Shown here in pieces: positions 59,273 through 64,000 of a stretch of DNA of 64,000 nt; position 1 is the first letter of the stretch, and the number at the start of each line of letters is the position of its first letter. Both the position numbers and the translations under genes were made by a program. The notes below the pieces were generated by a model. It saw nothing but the letters and a program-made list of their open reading frames with translations, was not told the origin of the DNA and did not search any database. Origin of the DNA: Candidatus Limnocylindrales bacterium (lineage in GTDB: Bacteria > Chloroflexota > Limnocylindria > Limnocylindrales > CSP1-4); contig JBBQRX010000006.1 in assembly GCA_038214375.1 (NCBI GenBank), forward strand, positions 39,979 through 103,978. The letters are read 5' to 3'.

Positions 59273-62038
59273 TCAGCGGGCCCGCGGAAGCTCGATCCGG
59301 ATCCTGGCGTCGATCACGACCGCGCCCTGCTCGAGCACGACGAGCGGGCTGCAGTCCATCTCGACCATCTCCGGGTGGGCCTCCACCATCGCGCTGACGC
59401 GCAGGAGCGTCTCCTCGAGCGCGGCCACGTCGACTCGCGGCGCGCCGCGGTAGCCGTCGAGGAGCGGGAACGTCGCGAGCGACCGGACCATCTCGCCGGC
59501 GTCCCGGTCGGTGAGCGGCGTGATCCGCACCGCGACATCGCGGAGCAGCTCGACCTCGGCACCGCCCGCGCCGCAGGCGATGACCGGCCCGAAGAGCCGG
59601 TCGTGGACGACGCCGACGAGCATCTCCACGCCGCCGAGGATCATCTGCTGGACGAGGAAGCGCTCGACCGGGTGGCCGCTGGCTTCCAGGGCGGCGGACA
59701 TCACCCGCGCGGCCGCCTCGACCGCCGCGGCTCCGTCGAGGGCGAGCACCACGGCCCGTGCCTCCGCCTTGTGGACGATCCCGGTGGCGACCGCCTTGAG
59801 GGCGACCGGGCCGCCGATCTCATCCGCGGCCCGCCCCGCGTCCTCGGCGGTCTCCACGAGACGCCACGGCGCGGTCGGGATCCCATAGCACGCGAGCAGA
59901 TGCGCGACCTCGTCCGGCCGGAGCCAGCGCGAGCGGCCGTTCTCGGTCGGCGCCGCGGTGGACGATCCCGCGAGCGTCCCGCCCGCGGCCGGCTCGCCCG
60001 GGTCGATCGTCGCCATCGCCGCCGCAAGGGCGGCTGCGGCCTGGTCCTCGCGGAGGTCGTCGTAGTGGGGCACGCTCCCGAGCGGCGCGGCCCGCCATTC
60101 GGCATAGCGGACGGCATGCGCCAGGGCGCGCGCGGCCTCCTCCGGGTAGCTGTAGGCAGGGACCTTGACCGCGCCGTCGCGCAGGGCGCGCGGCCCTCCC
60201 TCGGCCGACATGAACACGGTGAGGACGGGGACGGGCCGCGGAAGCTCGAGCACGGCATCGCGGATGGCGGCCGCGACGTCCTCGGTCTTCGTGACGAGCG
60301 GGGGGACGAACAGGACGATGATCGCGTCCACTCCCTCGCAGGCCGCGAGGATGCCGATGGCCCGGCGGAACGAGTCCGGCGTCCCCTCGATCGTGTCCAC
60401 GGGATTGCCGAGGGCCGCCTCGGGCGGCAGGAACGCCGCGAGGGCAGCCTGGACCTCAACCGGCAGGGACGGCACGATCAGGCCGCTTGCGTCGCACGCG
60501 TCGGCGGCCAGGATCCCGGGCCCGCCGCCGTTCGTGAGGATGGCGACCCGCCGCCCGGTGGGCAGCGGCTGGTTCGCGAGGAGGGAGGCGACATCGAAGA
60601 ACTCGCCGAGCGTGTCGGTGCGCACGACGCCAGCCTGGTGGAAGAGGGCATCGACCGTGACATCCGACGCACCAATGAGGGCACCCGTGTGGGACGACGT
60701 GGCGCGGGCACCCGCCGCGGACCGACCGCTCTTCACCGCGATGATCGGCTTGGTGCGGCCGACGCGGCGGGCGATGCGGGCGAACTTTCGCGGGTTGCCG
60801 ACCGATTCGAGGTACAGGGCGAGCACTGCGCTCGCCGGATCGTCCTCCCAGTACTGCAGGAAGTCGTTGCCCGAGAGGTCGGCCTTGTTGCCGATCGAGA
60901 TGAAGCTCGAGAGACCGAGCCCCAGCCGGTTGGCGTGCTCGATGATCGCGAGGCCCAGCGCGCCGCTCTGGGAAAGGAAGCCGACGTTGCCGCTGATGGG
61001 TGCGGTCGGGGAGAACGTCGCGTTCATGCTGACCGACGGAGCGAGGTTGATGACGCCCATGCAGTTGGGCCCCACCAGGCGCATGCCAGCCTGGCGGCAG
61101 ACGGCCAGCAGCTCCCGCTGCCGCGCCACGCCCTCCCCGCCGATCTCCGCGAACCCCGGCGAGACCACCACGACCGTCTTCACGCCCTTGGCCGCGCACG
61201 CCCGGGCGATCTCAACCGCCGAGGTCGCGGGGACCACGAGCACCGCGAGGTCCACGGGGCCCGGGATCTCGCCGACCCCGCGGTAGGCCGCCACGGACTG
61301 CACGACGTCGGCGTTCGGGTTGACGGGGTAGACCGGCCCCGTGAAGCCGCCGCTCAGGAGGTTGTGGAAGAGCTCCCCGCCGATCGTCCCGCGGCGTCGG
61401 GAGGCCCCGATCACCGCCACGGACGTGGGGTAGAGCAGGCCGTGGACCGCCGCGGCAGCCGCGATCTGCTCGCGGCGCTCGAACCGCTCGCGCGCAGGGC
61501 CCGTGAGCGCGGTCGGGAACTCGACGAGGACGGCTCCCGGCTCCGCGCGCAGCCGCGTCGGGAAGCCGCTCTCGTGGAAAACCCGGAGCATCCGGCCGTT
61601 CTCGGCCAGGACGTCCGCGGAGAACGTGGAGATGCCAGCCTCCTGCGCCCGCTCCGCGAGCTCCTCGAGCAGCAGCGTGGCGATGCCGCGGCCCTGCAAC
61701 TCGTCCGCGACGATGAACGCGACCTCCGCCGAATCCGGCCCGATCCTGTCGTAGCTGGCGTGCGCGATGATCCGGTCGGCGATCCCGGTCTGGGCCACCA
61801 GCGAGTAGTCCGTCGCCTCGGCGGGAGCGGCCCACCGGTGGGCCTGGCCCTCGAGGTCCGACACGAGGCCGGCGAAGCGCATGCGGCGCGACTCGGGGGC
61901 GAGCGCCCGGAGGAACGCCAGGAGCGCGGGCTCGTCCTCGGGGCGCGCCGGGCGAATCCGGATCGCCGACCCGTCCCGGAGGATGGTGTCGCGCGCTCGG
62001 TCCCGTGAAGTGGCGGTGCTCATGGTGTTGCCTGCCAT
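59273..62038 (-). CDS. bifunctional GNAT acetyltransferase / ADP-forming acyl-CoA synthetase-like protein (Pat-type protein lysine acetyltransferase)
   Basis: N-terminal GNAT (IRPARPEDEPALLAFL...QGRGIATLLLEEL...FHESGF), then CoA-binding (VAVIGASRRRGTIGG), succinyl-CoA-synthetase-like and ATP-grasp regions. ATG 62023 is an alternative start. Confidence 0.85.
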   Translation of the reverse strand: MAGNTMSTATSRDRARDTILRDGSAIRIRPARPEDEPALLAFLRALAPESRRMRFAGLVSDLEGQAHRWAAPAEATDYSLVAQTGIADRIIAHASYDRIGPDSAEVAFIVADELQGRGIATLLLEELAERAQEAGISTFSADVLAENGRMLRVFHESGFPTRLRAEPGAVLVEFPTALTGPARERFERREQIAAAAAVHGLLYPTSVAVIGASRRRGTIGGELFHNLLSGGFTGPVYPVNPNADVVQSVAAYRGVGEIPGPVDLAVLVVPATSAVEIARACAAKGVKTVVVVSPGFAEIGGEGVARQRELLAVCRQAGMRLVGPNCMGVINLAPSVSMNATFSPTAPISGNVGFLSQSGALGLAIIEHANRLGLGLSSFISIGNKADLSGNDFLQYWEDDPASAVLALYLESVGNPRKFARIARRVGRTKPIIAVKSGRSAAGARATSSHTGALIGASDVTVDALFHQAGVVRTDTLGEFFDVASLLANQPLPTGRRVAILTNGGGPGILAADACDASGLIVPSLPVEVQAALAAFLPPEAALGNPVDTIEGTPDSFRRAIGILAACEGVDAIIVLFVPPLVTKTEDVAAAIRDAVLELPRPVPVLTVFMSAEGGPRALRDGAVKVPAYSYPEEAARALAHAVRYAEWRAAPLGSVPHYDDLREDQAAAALAAAMATIDPGEPAAGGTLAGSSTAAPTENGRSRWLRPDEVAHLLACYGIPTAPWRLVETAEDAGRAADEIGGPVALKAVATGIVHKAEARAVVLALDGAAAVEAAARVMSAALEASGHPVERFLVQQMILGGVEMLVGVVHDRLFGPVIACGAGGAEVELLRDVAVRITPLTDRDAGEMVRSLATFPLLDGYRGAPRVDVAALEETLLRVSAMVEAHPEMVEMDCSPLVVLEQGAVVIDARIRIELPRAR

Positions 62039-62150
62039 TCTCGGGCAGCGCGACCCGTCCCGCTATAGTCTCGTGACACCGATCTCGAGCCGGCCCAGGC
62101 GATCGATCCGGCACCGCGCAGCCCGCCAGAAGGAGCGAAGCCGAGCGCCC

Positions 62151-63329
62151 GTGCACGATGCGACCGCGGAACGCGCCCAGCCCCTCGTGGTCTACGGCGC
62201 AGCGTCCCTCCACTACGACTTCGGGAGCCATCACCCGCTGACGCCACGCCGGTTCGGTCCCGGGATCGACCTCCTGCGTGCGCTCGGCGCCGACCGTTTC
62301 CTCGCGCCGGCGGCGGCCCCGGACGCCGCGCTCGAGCGCGTCCATCACCCGGCCTACATCGCGACGGTGCGGATGCTGTCCGACTACCCGGATGTGGACC
62401 CGCAGGCAGGCTTCGAGTCCTGGGGCGACGATCCGCCCTTCTACGGCATGCACGAGGCGGCGGCCACGGTCGCCGGCGGCTCGATCGAGGCGATGGAGCG
62501 GATCCTCGCCGGCGACGAGCTGCACGCCTTCCACCCCGGCGGCGGCCTCCACCATGCGATGCCCGGTCGGGCCAGCGGCTTCTGCATCTACAACGACGTG
62601 GCGCTCGCCGTCGGGCGCGCCCGGGACGCGGGGCACCGCGTGCTCTACGCCGATCTCGACGTGCACCACGGTGACGGCGTGGAGGCGATCTTCTGGGACG
62701 ACCCGGAGGTCATGACCGTCTCGTTCCACGAAACGGGCAGCTCCCTCTTCCCGGGGACCGGCTTCGTGGACGACCGGGGCGGCCCACGGGCGCGCGGGAC
62801 CGCCGTCAACGTGCCGCTCGAGCCCGCCACCGGCGATGCATCCTGGCTCGGCGCGGTCGAGATGCTGCTCCCGGCGCTCACCGCCGCGTATCGGCCAACC
62901 ATGCTCGTGACGCAGCACGGCTGCGACACCCATCTCCTGGACCCGCTCGCGCATCTGCAGCTGAGCACCGCTGCGATGTCGCGGGCCGCACGGCTGCTCG
63001 ACGGCCTCGCCCACGAGCATGCGGAGGGACGCTGGCTGGCGACCGGCGGCGGGGGCTACGACGTCTACCGCGTCGTCCCGCGGGCCTGGGCGCTCGTCTG
63101 GCTCGCGCAGGCGCACCGCGACGTCCCGCTCGCGACGCCTTCCACGTGGCGCTCCCAGTGGGCGGCGGAGGCCGCGGAGCACCGACAGGCCCTGCCGCCG
63201 ACGACATTCATCGACCCACCGGAGGTCATCGCCCGCGAGCCGCACCAGGTTGCCGAGGCCAATCTCGACGCCGCGCGGAGAGCGCTCGCGGGCTCGCTGC
63301 ACGGACTCGCGGAACGGGACAGTGCCTGA
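62151..63329 (+). CDS. acuC: histone-deacetylase-family (AcuC-like) Zn-dependent deacetylase
   Basis: GGGLHHAMPGRASGFCIYNDVA and YADLDVHHGDGVEAIF...VSFHE blocks. In-frame GTG at 62151. Confidence 0.85.
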   Translation: MHDATAERAQPLVVYGAASLHYDFGSHHPLTPRRFGPGIDLLRALGADRFLAPAAAPDAALERVHHPAYIATVRMLSDYPDVDPQAGFESWGDDPPFYGMHEAAATVAGGSIEAMERILAGDELHAFHPGGGLHHAMPGRASGFCIYNDVALAVGRARDAGHRVLYADLDVHHGDGVEAIFWDDPEVMTVSFHETGSSLFPGTGFVDDRGGPRARGTAVNVPLEPATGDASWLGAVEMLLPALTAAYRPTMLVTQHGCDTHLLDPLAHLQLSTAAMSRAARLLDGLAHEHAEGRWLATGGGGYDVYRVVPRAWALVWLAQAHRDVPLATPSTWRSQWAAEAAEHRQALPPTTFIDPPEVIAREPHQVAEANLDAARRALAGSLHGLAERDSA

Positions 63330-63488
63330 GGCCGTGACCGGGCATGCCATGCACGCGTGCGCATACCTTGACGGGCCGACGGGAGTGGCTAGTCTGTCGG
63401 CGTCACCTGTCCTTCTGCGCGCATCGCACGGCGTGCCGACCACGCGCCGAGACCTCGAACACGAAGCCCTGATGTCGGAGGCGATTGC

Positions 63489-64000
63489 ATGAGCACGACC
63501 CAGCCCGAGATCGAGGCCCTGTTCTCCGAGCAGCGGGAGTTCGCGCCGCCGCCCGAGTTCGCCGCGCAGGCCAATGCCGGCAACGACCTCTACGAGCGGG
63601 CCGACCGGGATTTCGAGGCGTTCTGGGCGGCCGAGGCTAACGCACGGATCAGCTGGTCCCGACCCTGGGACACGGTCCTCGAGTGGGAGCTCCCGTACGC
63701 GAAATGGTTCATGGGCGGGCAGCTCAACGCCGCCTACAACTGCGTCGACCGCCACGTGGAGAACGGGATCGGATCGAAGGTCGCCTATTACTGGGAGGGC
63801 GAGCCGGGGGACACCCGGACCTTGACGTATGCCGACCTCCAGCGCGAGGTGAACCGCTGCGCCAACGCACTCAAGGCGCTCGGGGTGAAGACGGGCGATC
63901 GCGTCGGCATCTACATGCCGATGATCCCGGAATTGCCCATCGCGATGCTCGCCTGCGCGAAGATCGGCGCGCCGCATGTCGTGGTATTCGGCGGCTTCAG
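63489..64000 (+). CDS. acs: acetyl-CoA synthetase (AMP-forming), 5' part; runs off the window
   Basis: Manual translation from ATG 63489: [29 protein letters not shown]...[18 protein letters not shown]...[16 protein letters not shown]...[13 protein letters not shown], a typical Acs N-terminus. Confidence 0.9.
   Translation, partial: MSTTQPEIEALFSEQREFAPPPEFAAQANAGNDLYERADRDFEAFWAAEANARISWSRPWDTVLEWELPYAKWFMGGQLNAAYNCVDRHVENGIGSKVAYYWEGEPGDTRTLTYADLQREVNRCANALKALGVKTGDRVGIYMPMIPELPIAMLACAKIGAPHVVVFGGF

Noticed and set aside
61212-63977. 921-aa minus-strand ORF, the same length as the Pat-like protein, spanning acuC and acs
   Set aside because: The equal length is a coincidence. The composition is Arg/Gly/Pro-rich with no motifs, and it overlaps three well-supported genes on either strand.

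Overview
This is a 64-kb, very GC-rich chromosomal segment. Third codon positions are almost all G/C, and there are many long Arg/Gly/Pro-rich antisense ORFs that I treat as artefacts. Gene content looks like a high-GC monoderm (Actinomycetota-like) genome. All calls come from reading the ORF translations and DNA by eye; no database or HMM search was run.

Backbone genes, left to right:
- ispH, der, tRNA-Pro(GGG), a secreted GH25 muramidase, pckG, a PLP decarboxylase and an aldehyde dehydrogenase.
- DUF4332, TIGR01906 and an S2P protease, then moeA-moaC-mog.
- Acyl-CoA dehydrogenase with etfBA, nrdR and dcd.
- An MBL hydrolase, the ResA-like/CcdA/glutaredoxin-like redox trio, and tRNA-Arg(CCT).
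- After the island: a P-type ATPase, a REC-PAS-GAF-EAL protein, a heliorhodopsin and several SAM/RNA methyltransferases.
- A tightly coupled chain (SBP, MA-peptidase, DUF881, DUF881, DUF951, MFS, asparaginase).
- A Pat-like acetyltransferase, an AcuC-like deacetylase and Acs (truncated by the window end).

Main points of interest:
1. A heliorhodopsin gene (46466-47329) sits directly downstream of a REC-4xPAS-GAF-EAL c-di-GMP phosphodiesterase and upstream of two SAM methyltransferases.
2. dcd is interrupted by a 346-aa intein. It has Ala1 and a Trp-Cys-Thr (class 3) signature, plus a LAGLIDADG endonuclease.
3. An ~11-kb island sits at tRNA-Arg, bounded by an exact 27-bp direct repeat. It is full of decayed genes: serine recombinase, tyrosine integrase, ester cyclase, multicopper oxidase and a truncated TetR. 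It also carries an intact IS110 transposase and an intact 1027-aa Mrr-like nuclease / SF2 helicase / 5x HA-domain protein, which is a defence-like candidate.
4. Several repeat structures are not explained by genes: ~75-bp direct repeats bracket the oxidase pseudogene, and a 195-bp segment is duplicated 5.3 kb away.
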